From contig NC_091284.1 of the NCBI RefSeq assembly GCF_032444005.1, positions 424,266,001-424,330,000 of the forward strand: a stretch of 64,000 nucleotides of DNA. The letters run 5' to 3'. The stretch is from Ranitomeya imitator (lineage: Eukaryota). Both the position numbers and the translations under genes were made by a program. Shown piece by piece: positions 12,350 through 24,365 of this stretch. Below the pieces are notes generated by a model, which saw nothing but the letters and a program-made list of their open reading frames with translations, did not search any database and had not been told where the DNA came from. The first letter of the stretch is position 1. Each line of letters starts with the position of its first letter.

Positions 12350-12626
12350 TTAAACGTGTAATGATAGGCAAATGTTTACCAATCAGCAATGGTTGGCTAA
12401 TGTAAAACGACTGAAACACAAAACTTGATTTAAAAAAAAAAAACGGTGTGTAAACTTTTTACACCATCTAAAATAAAAGTACTTGTTCATTTTACATTGA
12501 TCCAAATCTAATAAAGTGAAAAGTTTTACACATGAGCAAGCAGGTCATTTCTTAAAATGTAGCAAAACTTACGGTACTTTCCATCTGTGTAATTTAAACC
12601 AAATATAAAAATAAAACTATTAGCTA

Positions 12627-12761
<135 letters not shown>

Positions 12762-13709
12762 CTATAAAAAAGTAAAATCAATATAAAGAAAGTGAATAAA
12801 AACCAAGAGTGTTTGGTTCACAACAATAACATATGCTAAAATATATATTAAAATTATTAACATGATTGTCCACTGCTCGGACAACCCCTTCTTAATCTTT
12901 CCCCCTTGCAAAATAACAACACTTGTACTCCCCTCTGGTGCCGGCGCCGTTCCTGCGGTGTTGGCATCAGCTCTTCCAGAGATCACATGCCATTGTTATG
13001 TCACATGAGTGCTGTGCCAATCAGCGCTGGCTTCACTCACCTTTCTTATGAAATTGAAATCCAGAGGAAGTGAGAACTGCTGTTGCTCTCTCACGTCCTC
13101 CACATGTATGTGATTCATTTGAAGGCAGGGTAAGTGAGGCTAGGGCTGACTGGCCACAGGGATCACCAGGAGAGCAAGTGCTCACACCACTGGAACGACA
13201 TTAGCACTGGAGGTGAGTACAGGTATAATAATATTAGGAAGTAACGTAGGGATTCAGAAGGAGTTGTGTGAGTAGTGGACAACCCCTTTAAACATCATAT
13301 ATGCACACTTTTGATGGCCATTTAGTTATTTTTTCAAAAGAGTAAAATAAGCTATCAGCATTCATATTCCTCGTAACAAAAAGAAACATTAGCATTTCCT
13401 TGCACTAAAAATATATGTGGGTGTGTTCCCACAGCGCATTGGAAGCAACACATGTCCGCTCTGCCCAAAGCGCTGCCATCTTTTTAACGCAGATGATTCC
13501 GCATGTGTTCATTGAACCGTGCTGAATCACCGTATCCTATACATTGGACGGGGACATTTATCTTGTGGAGACTGAGAGTCTCCGGAAGATAAATTGACAT
13601 ACTGCGGTCTGGAAAGACGCGCCGCATGTGCGTCTCCGCAGGGAAGCCGTGGGTGCCGATGCACGCATAGTGGAGATGGGATTTCTTCAAATCCCATCCA
13701 CTATTCTGT

Positions 13710-13711
<2 letters not shown>

Positions 13712-13788
<77 letters not shown>

Positions 13789-13795
13789 ATATACT
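13712..13795. repeat. (TA)n microsatellite
   Basis: Direct reading. Confidence 0.98.
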
Positions 13796-15093
13796 GTGTA
13801 TCTATATAAAACCGGAACCATTTGTATTTTAGGTTATATGATGAAAAGCCAAAAGAATGAATTTATCAATTGAATAATAACTCAAAGCATAAAAGTAAGT
13901 TAGAATAAAATAGTCCTTGGGAGAAACAGGGATGTTGATTTGGACTTTGAAACCCAGAAGAGCAAAGATGATTTGCTTACGGAGGGGGTGAAAAAAAAAC
14001 TATAAAAATCCATCCTATTAATGTATTAGCTCACAGAACAAGGAAGTACGGTAATTTTCCTATAAATGTACAGTTCACTAGTTAAGTGAGATGGCTTTAT
14101 AGCAATTGTATGTGTCGAAATAAGCACATTCCAGTTTATGGAGAAATAATGCATCATAACGTTTTTCCAATTAAAGTCATTGCTCTCACTCTGAAGTTGT
14201 TGTTTTTTTTCCAAAAGTGTCTTTTGTGTTGTTTTTTTTCAGTCATTTCCTGAGTGTTTTTCAGATTTTTTTTTTTTGTAGTATTTTCCCTCTGAATTTA
14301 GTGAAGCCTTTTTTACTGTCTTTTACTGGGTGTTTTTTTCACTCCATTGAATAAGTAACAAACCGCTACCAGTTTTTTAAGCAAAATCGATGGCAAAATG
14401 TTCCAAATAGATCTGGTCGTCTTCCTGGCATATTTTGACTTTTCCCACTGACTTAAGCCAGTTTCACACGTCCGTGTATTTCTAGTAAAGGAAAAAGATA
14501 TCCAAGAACAATGGACAGGTATGGTATATTGTTTTTTCATTTTACTTTTATTACAGGAGATCGAGGGCTTCGGTGTAATTAGGCGAGGTCGTATGTATGG
14601 TTTAATTGAGATTTATAAAGGAGCCTGTGTCGTTTTTTCAATTAAAGGACTTTATTCTGGCTGCATCTTTATTTACATATAACTATAGGATTAGTAATGG
14701 AGAGGTGTCTTATAGACACCTCTCCATTACTAAGCCATGGGCTTGATGTCACCTGAGAATTCGCTTGATGTCACCAGAGAATACGAAGGTGACATCAACC
14801 CCACAAATATGAACCCCACTTGCCACCACTACAGGGCAAGTAGGAAGAGTCGGACAAAGCGCCAGAATGCATTTAATAGATTTGCCTTTTCTGGACAGCT
14901 GCGGGCTGCTGTTTTTAGGCTGGGGGGCCTATATCAATGGCCCCTTACCAACCTGAGCATACCAGCCCCCAGCTCTGAGCTTTAGCAAGACAGGTTGTCA
15001 AAAATGGGACAGACCCCACACCGGGGTGAAAGGAATAAGTAGAAATAATTTTAAACTTCAGCTAGGGTCTGCTTCTCCTGAATGTATCACCAG

Positions 15094-15590
15094 TAGTGTT
15101 GAGCATTCCGATACCGCAAGTATCGGGTATCGGCCGATACTTGCGGTATCGGAATTCCGATACCGAGATCCGATACTTTTGTGGTATCGGGTATCGGATC
15201 CATAGGAATGTGTACAATAAAGAATTAAAATAAAAAATATTGATATATTCACCTCTCCGGCGGCCCCTGGACATCACGCTGGTAACCGGCAGGCTTCTTT
15301 GTTTAAAATGAGCGCATTTAGGGCCTGCGAATGACGTCGCGGCTTCTGATTGGTCGCGTGCCGCTCATGTGACCGCCACGCGACCAATCAGATGCCGTGA
15401 CGTCATTCGCAGGTCCTAAATTCCTAGAATTAGGAGTTTAGTGAATGAGAATGACGTCGCGGCTTCTGATTGGTTGCGTGCCGCTCATGTGACCGCCACG
15501 CGCTAAATCTCCGAGCACTAAAAAATACTCGGAGGACACACCGAGCGTGCTCAGGAAATCTCGAGTAACGAGTATATTCGATCATCTCTA
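15094..15590. mobile_element. Chimeric hAT-type MITE flanked by a 67-bp inverted duplication
   Basis: TAGTGTTGAGC...GATCATCTCTA termini that appear to come from two subfamilies. Flanks 15027-15093 and 15618-15684 are inverted copies. Confidence 0.6.
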
Positions 15591-17209
15591 TTTACTATCT
15601 ATCGCTCCAACTCTTGGCTGCTGATACATTCAGGAGAAGCAGACCCTAGCTGAAGTTTAAAATTATTTCTACTTATTCCTTTCAGAAAGAGGGATCACAG
15701 GTGTCCATTTTGGGCCTGAATACACAATAACCCTCACTTGTCATTGCCTTTTTTTCAGGTCTCCTATTGATGCCTATTTTAGAACAAATAAATGTGTCTG
15801 CTATACGTTTGTTAGATCTTTGCTTTACATTCCAAGCTGATTTTCAGGACTGCATAGTAAAAAGGGACATGTCTGTCTGAGACCAGATATCATTACTAGG
15901 GGACAATTATTTCAGGATTGCAATGTGTAAATACCCCTGAGCAGGCTCCACATTTAATCTTGATCAGTTATGTACTCATTATACTTTGTACATTATGCTT
16001 TTTTTTATCATCACAGCCTTCAGATAATTTGTCCATCCAGATTTAGCCTAAGCATTAGTTTACTGCTAAATGATTCCTTCTATATATGAAACAACAGCTC
16101 CATCTGCCAGTAATGAAGTGATGGGATCTGTGCATGCCTCGTTGGAGACAGCTATAGATTAGAATTCTGTTAAATCAAACCTGTTTTGTTTTAGTTGCTT
16201 CATAATTATAATGAAGGTCATTCCCATACTGGAAATGCAAGAAAGGGGTTAATTCCCAAGAGACCGCCACAATATATCTATTGCTCTATAACATAACTAC
16301 ACTGAAATTACATTTCAGTTAGCAGACTCCACTTTCCTCGATTTAGCAGGCAGTAATGCTACGTTTCCACGATAAGTTTTTCACGTTGCAGATTTTCTGC
16401 ACCTATTAGGCTATGTTCACATTAGACGGTTTTTCCACATCTTTTTAATGCAAAGTTTCAGCTGCGTTTTACAGCATCAGCAAATTCTATGAGATTTCAG
16501 AAATCTGATGCACACACATTATTTTTCTGTCATCAGTATTTCGTGCTTTGCATGTTTTTTTTTTGCGCAATAGAGTATGCCACTTTATTCAGCGTTTTTC
16601 ACCCATTAAAAGCAATGGATGGTGAAAAACTGCTGAAAATCCACACCAAAAAAATGCAGGTTTTGCAGCATTGTTTTGTACCAAAACCTGATTACCGTAA
16701 ATAGAATGATATTTTTTTTGCAGTAAACTTTACTATCATACACAAAAGACAAATGTAGTATGACAAAAACACAGGGGAAAAAAAGCATGCAAAATGCAAT
16801 ATTTTTTTTGGGGGGGCAGCTTCTTTCCTGAGCAGCTTTTGATGCAGAAAAAAAGCTCTAAAAAACAAAACAAAAAAAAACATAGGCTTAGGTAAATTAG
16901 GTTACTTGCATTTTTTCACTACTCCGTTGAGTGTTTTTTCAAGTGTTTTGATAGTGTTTTTGACCCTGCGATTATTGTCTCTTGCTGTGTCATGTTTTTT
17001 TTTTCTTTAATAAAACATACAAAAGAGATATGAGTTTTTTTTTTCTCCTGCGGATATTCTGCATCTAAATGCAGTTCTATGGGGAAAATCCTAACAAAAA
17101 ACTCAGTGTACCCACAAGAGAGATTGGAATGTTGCAGATTTCAAACATGCACCACAAGTCAGTCTATGCTGTGCTAAGAAAAAGGACAATGTGCATCAGA
17201 TTTCTATAA

Positions 17210-17845
17210 GGCCGGTTTCACACGTCAGTGGCTCCGGTACGTGAGGTGACAGTTTCCTCACCTACCGGAGCCACTGACACAGGTAGACACAGTGAAATCA
17301 ATGCATCTGTGCAGATGTCATTCATTTTTTGCGGACCGTGTCTCTGTGTGCCAAACACGGAGACATGTCAGTGTTCGTGGGAGCGCACGGATTACACGGA
17401 CCCATTAAAGTCAATGGGTCCGTGTAAAACATGTACCGCACACGGACGTTGTCCGTGTGCCGTGCAGGAGACAGCGCTACTGTAAGCGCTGTCCCCCCCA
17501 CTGGTGCTGAAGCCGCGATTCATATCTTCCCTGCAGCAGCGTTTGCTGTAGAGAAGATATGAATAATCGTGTTTAAAATAAAGCTGCATGTGAACACCCC
17601 CCTCCCACCCCCTGTGCTCCCCCCCGCTGTTATTAAAATACTCACCCGGCTCCCTCGCTGGCTGGCGCTGCTTCCTGTCCTGGCCGCACCTTCTACTGTA
17701 TGAGCGGTCACGTGGGGCCGCCAATTACAATCATGAATATGCAGCTCCACCTCCCATAGGGGTGGAGCCGCATATTCATTACTGTAAATGAGCGTCCCCA
17801 CGTGACCGCTCATACAGTAGAAGGTGCGGCCAGGACAGGAAGCAG
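17210..17845. mobile_element. Harbinger-type non-autonomous element, right end truncated
   Basis: Starts TAA|GGCCGGTTTCACACG and has an internal inverted repeat at ~17680-17845. Confidence 0.55.
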
Positions 17846-18339
17846 TTCAGTGTTTGAAGGAGACAAATCTGTTGCAAATACTGGATTGTTAGGAAAAATG
17901 CTGCGTAAAATAAGTGTGTTTTGTCGCATTTTTGATACATTGCTCTAATGTGCTTTTTCCCATTCATTTGAATGAATGAAAAGCACTGCAAAAACGCTCA
18001 AAGAATTGACATGATGCAAATTTGTAACTGCTTCCACACTTCAAAGAAAATAGAAGTAACTTGTGCATGAGATATCAAAAATTGTATTAAGTTTGCTGGT
18101 ACAGAAAAATGTTGTGTTTTTTTTTTTCACAGCAAAAACACAAATGTGCACATATCCTGAGACACTGCATTTTTATGCAGCAAAAATACACTGCATCATA
18201 AGCTCATCATGGGAAATTTAAAGGAAAAATAACTGAATCCAATCGCTGGGACCACCTGAGATTGGGGCTCCAGAAAACTGAAACAGAGCTCTGCTCCCTG
18301 ATGGATTGGAAATGCAAGAACAGCTTGTGCTTCATTCAT

Positions 18340-18986
18340 TTTCTTTACAACTGCCATAACGCTGATTTTTGGGGGGAGAAAATGGGGGTGCGTCTTATAA
18401 TGCGGATATACCTTACCGGTACCATTGCTGCAGGCTGGAATGAGGAGGTGTCCGGAGGTGCTGCTGCGGGTGTGCAGAGCTGCGGGGTGCCCAGCGGTGG
18501 TGCGTAGGGCTCTGATGTCATATTGTGAAAGGCCAGAGACCCCCCGCAGTTCCATGGTTTTCTGTGCGGTGGACGCTGGGAAAATGGTCGCCGGGGTGCA
18601 GTGCATGCCCAGATGGAGATCTTGGTGCCGAGATCTCCATCTAACCTTTCACAAAATGTTGGCAGAGCCCTCCGCAGCACCGGAGACACCGGCAGCAGCA
18701 CCGCCGGGCACTCGCAGCAGTGCCGGACACTCCCGCAGCACGCCGCACATCGGAACACCCCCTCATCCCAGCCTGCGGCCTGCAGCATCACCCCACTCCT
18801 GCCTCCTCCAGCAGCGTCCCTGGGACCCCACTTCACCGCAGCCACCACTCCTGGTAAGCAATAAGATGCATGGATTATAAGAAGCACCACCATTTTATCA
18901 AAACAAACATTTTTTTCCTATTTTTCTCCTCAAAGTTTTGGGTGCGTCTTATAATCCGGAGTGTCTTATAATCCGAAAAATATGGT
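18340..18986. mobile_element. TcMar/pogo-type non-autonomous fragment
   Basis: Right end GTGCGTCTTATAATCCG...CTTATAATCCGAAAAATATGG|TA, with a GC-rich core. Confidence 0.5.
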
Positions 18987-20007
18987 ACATTTTTTTTGGT
19001 TGCCACAACATTGCATTAAAATGCAATAACTGGCAATAAAAAAAATGTATCTACACCAAAATGGTATCATTAAAAATGACATATCGGCGTGCAAAAAATA
19101 AGCTTTCACACAGCCCCAGATCACGAAAAATGGTGATGCTATGGGTCGTGGAATCTGTTTTTTTAAAAAAAAAACAAAAAAACAACGCATGCGGCACCAT
19201 CCGCATACAGCCGCACGACCTGCGTACCTAATGTTAAATATAGGTACGCAGGCCGCATGCGTGCGGCATGCAGATGTAGGCGGAGCTAGCAGCAGAGGTG
19301 CGGCGGAGGGCGGGGCTTCACAGAGGAAGTCCGCAGCCCGCCGCAGATCAGGTAAACGCTTGTGTAAAACTAGCCTAAGGGTCACTTCCGTGTTTCTGTC
19401 TGTCCTTCTGTCTGTCTGTCTGTCACGGATATTCATTGGTCGCGGCCTCTGTCTGGAAATCCAAGTCGATGATTGGTCGTGGCAAAACGCCCACGACCAT
19501 TGCCACGACCAATCAGCGACGGGCACAGTCCGCCGGCAAAATGGCCGCTCCTTCCTCCCCGCAGTCAGTGCCCGCTCCATACTCCCCTCCAGTCAGCCCT
19601 CACACAGGGTTAATGCCAGCGTTAATGGACCGTGGTGTAACGCACTCCATTAACGCAGCTATTAACACTGTGTGACCAACTTTTTACTATTGATGATGCG
19701 TATGCAGCATCAATAGTAAAAAAGTCTAATGTTACAAATAATAATAAAAAAAAAACGTTATTCTCACCCTCCGACGTCGCGCCCTGTCCTCGGCAGTGCA
19801 AGCGGCAGGTCCCGGTGCCAAGGATGCTATGCGAGAAAGATCTGCCATGACCTGTCATGTGACCGCGACGTCATCACAGGTCCTGCGCTCATACCAACCT
19901 TGGGACCGGAAGCTGCAGCGTGCACCGCACACAGGCGCCAGGACTTCAAGGGGCCTTCGGAAGGTTAGTATATATTTATTTTTTATTTTAAGCCTTTTTT
20001 AACCTGT

Positions 20008-20856
20008 TATATACGTGGCTGGGCAATATACTACGTGGCTGGGAAATATACTATGTGACTGGCCAATATACTACGTGACTGGGCAGTATACTACGTGTCT
20101 GTGCTGTATACTATGTGGCTCTGTGCTGTATACTACGTCGCTGTGCAATATACTACGTGGCTGGGCAATATACTACGTGGCTGGGCAATATACTACGTGA
20201 CTGTGCAATATACTACGTGACTGGGCAACATACTACGTGACTGGGAAATATACTACGTGACTGGGCAATATACTACGTGACTTAGCAATATACTACGTGA
20301 CGGCAATATACTACGTGGCTGGGCAATATACTACGTGGCTGGGCAATATACTACATGGCTGGGCAATATACTATGTCAGTGGGCAATATATTACGTAGCT
20401 GGGCAATATAGTATATGACTCGGCAATGTACTACGAGGCTGTGCAATATACTACGTGACTGGGCAATATACTACGTGACTGGGAAATATACTACGTGACT
20501 GGGCAATATACTACGTGACTGGGCAATATACTACGTGTCTGTGCTGTATACTATGTGGCTCTGTGCTGTATACTACGTCGCTGTGCAATATACTACGTGG
20601 CTGGGCAATATACTACGTGGCTGGGCAATATACTATGTGACTGGCCAATATACTACGTGACTGGGCAGTATACTACGTGTCTGTGCTGTATACTATGTGG
20701 CTCTGTGCTGTATACTACGTCGCTGTGCAATATACTACGTGGCTGGGCAATATACTACGTGGCTGGGCAATATACTACGTGACTGGGAAATATACCACGT
20801 GACTGGGCAATATACTACGTGACTTAGCAATATACTACGTGACGGCAATATACTAC
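20008..20856 (+). repeat. Minisatellite with a ~20-bp unit (GGGCAATATACTACGTG(A/G)CT); resumes at 22435-22618
   Basis: Direct reading; variant units recur in blocks. Confidence 0.95.
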
Positions 20857-21532
20857 CCCCCGTTTATTGTCTGTGGGCCCCCGTTTATTGTCTGACTTTT
20901 CATAGTCATAGAAATTATACTTCAACCAATCAGCATAAGAACACGTTCACAGTTCTTAACCTATAAGAATGCAGGAAAAACTTAACCCATGAGGATACAG
21001 GAAAAATGGAAACTACAGATATGGTCATGTCTTTTTGGCATAGAAAAACATATTAACAGATGCCTCAGTCTTGTATAGCGATACCCCCACGAGTCTCTTA
21101 TCTGGCTCACTCGAGTTAGAATACTCAAGGTCTTTATACCAATTATGAACCATAGACTAGCTGAATAACAAAATGTTATCTTCGTGAGAAACAGGACAGA
21201 GTTTTTTCATAGCAGCTGTAACCTTCTACCTAAGTAAATAACAGAATTTATCTTTAACCAACAACAAAATGGAGTCAAAGCACAAAATGGAGAATCTTTC
21301 ATAATTTGTTCCTTCACAATATTCCCTCATCCGGTTTCAGTAGGAAAAGGTGCCAGGTTCGCCGTATCAGCTTCACCTGCCCCAGTCATAGATCCCGGAT
21401 CCCTCTTGAAGCCGTCCTGTCTAAGTTGGTGCCCCCCCTGCATGACTCTCAGCCTGGGGCCCCTTCCTGCCATATCAGCTTTATCCCCACAGCTGGCAGA
21501 CTGTCTCTTTCACTGCTGCTCCTGGCTACATA
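20857..21532 (-). mobile_element. LTR-retroelement-like 3' fragment (putative PPT plus LTR start) attached to the CR1 5' end
   Basis: Minus strand has purine-rich GGATGAGGGAAT then TGTGAAGG at 21318, an ATTGG box, and AATAAA twice near 20860-20890. Assignment is inference only. Confidence 0.35.
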
Positions 21533-22434
21533 ATTTTACCTCTATACAAGTCACTATTTCGACCACACTTAGAATACTGTGCACAGTTCTGTTCTCCGGT
21601 GTATAAGGCTGCCGTCACACTAGCAGTATTTGGTCAGTATTTTACATCAGTATTTGTAAGCCAAAACCAGGAGTGGAACAATCAGAGGAAAAGTATAATA
21701 GAAACATATGCACCAATTCTGTATTTATCACCCACTCCTGGTTTTGGCTTACAAATACTGATGTAAAATACTGACCAAATACTGCTAGTGTGACGGCAGC
21801 CTAAGAAAGACATAGCTGAACTGGAGCGGGTGCAGAGAAGAGCAACCAAGGTTATTAGAGGACGGGGGTCTACAATACCAAGATAGGTTATTACACTTGG
21901 GGCTATTTAGTTTGGAAAAATGAAGGCTAAGGGGTGATCTTATGTTAATGTATAAATATATAAGGGGACGGTACAAAGACCTTTCTGATGATCTTTTTAA
22001 TCATAAACCTGAGACAGGGACAAGGGGGCATCCTCTACGTCTGGAGGAAAGAAGGTTTAAGCATAATAACAGACGCAGATTCTTTACTGTAAGAGCAGTG
22101 AGACTATGGAACTCTCTGCCATATGATGTTGTAATGAGTGATTCATTACTTAAATTTAAGAGGGGACTGGATGCCTTTCTTGCAAAGTATAATGTTACAG
22201 GATATATACTAGATTCCTTGTTAGGGTGTTGATCCAGGGAACTAGTCTGCTTGCCGTATGTGGAGTCGGGAAGGATTTTTTTTCCCCAGTGTGGAGCTTA
22301 CTCTTTGCCACATGGTTTCTTTTTTGCCTTCCTCTGGATCAACATGTTAGGGCATGTTAGGTTAGGCTATGGGTTGAACTAGATGGACTTAAAGTCTTCC
22401 TTCAACCTTAATAACTATGTTACTATGTTACTAC
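21533..22434 (+). mobile_element. CR1 LINE 3' fragment (RT C-terminus, 3' UTR and 8-bp repeat tail)
   Basis: RPHLEYCAQF..PVYKKDIAELERVQRRATK is restored once the MITE is removed. ORF 21942-22232 and a (CTATGTTA)n tail follow. Confidence 0.9.
21607..21801. mobile_element. 195-bp palindromic Harbinger-type MITE inside CR1
   Basis: TAA|GGCTGCCGTCACACTAGCAGTATTTGG...CCAAATACTGCTAGTGTGACGGCAGCC|TAA. Removal restores GTGTATAAGAAAGAC (VYKKD). Confidence 0.93.
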
Positions 22435-23541
22435 GTGGCTGGGCAACATACTACGTGGCTGGGCAATATACTACGTGGCTGGGCAATATACTATGTCAGT
22501 GGGCAATATATTACGTAGCTGGGCAATATAGTATATGACTCGGCAATGTACTACGAGGCTGGGCAATATACTACGTGATTGGGCAATATACTACGTGGGC
22601 TGTGCAATATACTACGTAGACATGCATATTCTAGAATACCTGATGCGTTAGAATCGGGCCACCATCTAGAATATATATAATCGTCTAAGGGTCACTTCCG
22701 TCTGTTTGTCTGTCTGTCATGGAAATCCCGCGTCGCTGACCAATCAGTGACGGGCACAGTCTGGCCGCCAATTCGCCCTTCCCTACTCCCCTCCAGTCAG
22801 TGCCCATTCCCTACTCCCCTCCAGTCAGTGCCCCCATACCGTTTTAGCAGTCAGTTAAAAGGACTGCGTTACATTACGGCATAATGCGGTGTAAAGCAGT
22901 CCGTAAACGCTGCTATTAACCCTGTGTGACCCACTTTTTACTATTGATGCTGCCTATGTTAAAAATAATAATAATTTTTAAAAAATTATTATATTTTCAC
23001 CTTCCGGCGCCTTTCCCGCTCCTTTGCGACGCTCCGGTCACAAGAATGCATTGCGGCAATTACCGGAGATGACGTAGCGGTCTCGCGAGACCGCTACATC
23101 ATCACGTGTTATTGCTGCAACGCATTCTTGGGACGGGAGCATCGTGAGGAGCATCACTAAACGCCTGGGCTGGATTCGGGGGCCGCTGGAAGGTGAGTAT
23201 ATAACTATTTTTTATTTTAATTATTTTTAACAGGGATATGGTGCCCACATTGCAATATAGTATGTGGGCTGTGTTAGATACTACGTGGGCTGTGTTATAT
23301 ACTGCATGGGCAGTGTTACAGTTGTGGCTAAAAGTATTGACACCCCTGCAATTCTGTCAGATAATACTCAGTTTCTTCCTGAAAATGATTGCAATCACAA
23401 ATTCTTTGGTATTATTATCTTTATTTAATTTGTCTTGAATGCAAAAACACAAAAGAGAATGAAGCAAAAAGCAAAACATTGATCATTTCATACAAAACTC
23501 CAAAAATGGGCCAGACAAAAGTATTGGCACCCTCAGCCTAA

Positions 23542-23778
23542 GGCCGGCGTCACACTCAGCTTATGAAAATACAGTCCGTTATTTACGGCCGTAATACGCA
23601 GAAAAGTCCCCAAAATAGCGATCCGTATGTCATCCGTAGGCAGGGTGTGTCAGCGTATTTTGCGCATGGCATCCTCCGTATGTAATCCGTATGGCATCCG
23701 TACTGCGAGATTTTCTCGCAGGCTTGCAATACGGACATACAATGGATCCATGGGCTCAAATAATCGTAAAAACATAAA

Positions 23779-23845
<67 letters not shown>

Positions 23846-23938
23846 AGCATGGCTAAAGGGTGTGTAGTCGACGGGAGGTATGTGTCACATAGGTAGCTTG
23901 TCACTGTGATATAGCCCGGAGTATTTCTTTGTTGCACA

Positions 23939-24018
<80 letters not shown>

Positions 24019-24332
24019 TGTGTTTCAGGACCTGTGGTGATGTCAGACCACATGGCTAATCATGTGATGGGTTACTGGGTGTGGTTAGCTCTATATAAGT
24101 CAGGCTAATGCTTAACACAGTAGATATGTTTGGAGGTGAAACCCTCCTGAGTGTGTTAAGGCCCCAGGACTGAGCATGAAGGACTGGACACTTGTTTTCT
24201 TCCCTGACCCAAAGGCTATTTGTTTTCTGCTATTTTTGCCATGTGGTTTATGAAGCAATAAACCCTATGAACTTTTAAAGGAACGTGTCTCCTGAATGTC
24301 AGCCGTCGCACCTGAGTGAGTGAAATCCCTGC

Positions 24333-24365
<33 letters not shown>

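Larger units (their letters stand above)
19376..22669 (+). mobile_element. Non-autonomous Helitron 1 carrying a 20-bp minisatellite, interrupted at 20857-22434
   Basis: 3' hairpin-like ACCTGATGCGTTAGAATCGGG followed by CCACCATCTAG (CTAG at 22666-22669). The 5' region TAAGGGTCACTTCCG is shared with Helitron 2. Confidence 0.75.

Noticed and set aside
18196-19675. Overlapping 130-204-aa ORFs on both strands
   Set aside because: GC-rich MITE and Helitron interiors with low stop density; no recognisable domain.
20008-20856. Regular short repeats resembling a CRISPR array
   Set aside because: The units are contiguous with no unique spacers, there are no cas genes, and the context is eukaryotic. 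It is a Helitron minisatellite.
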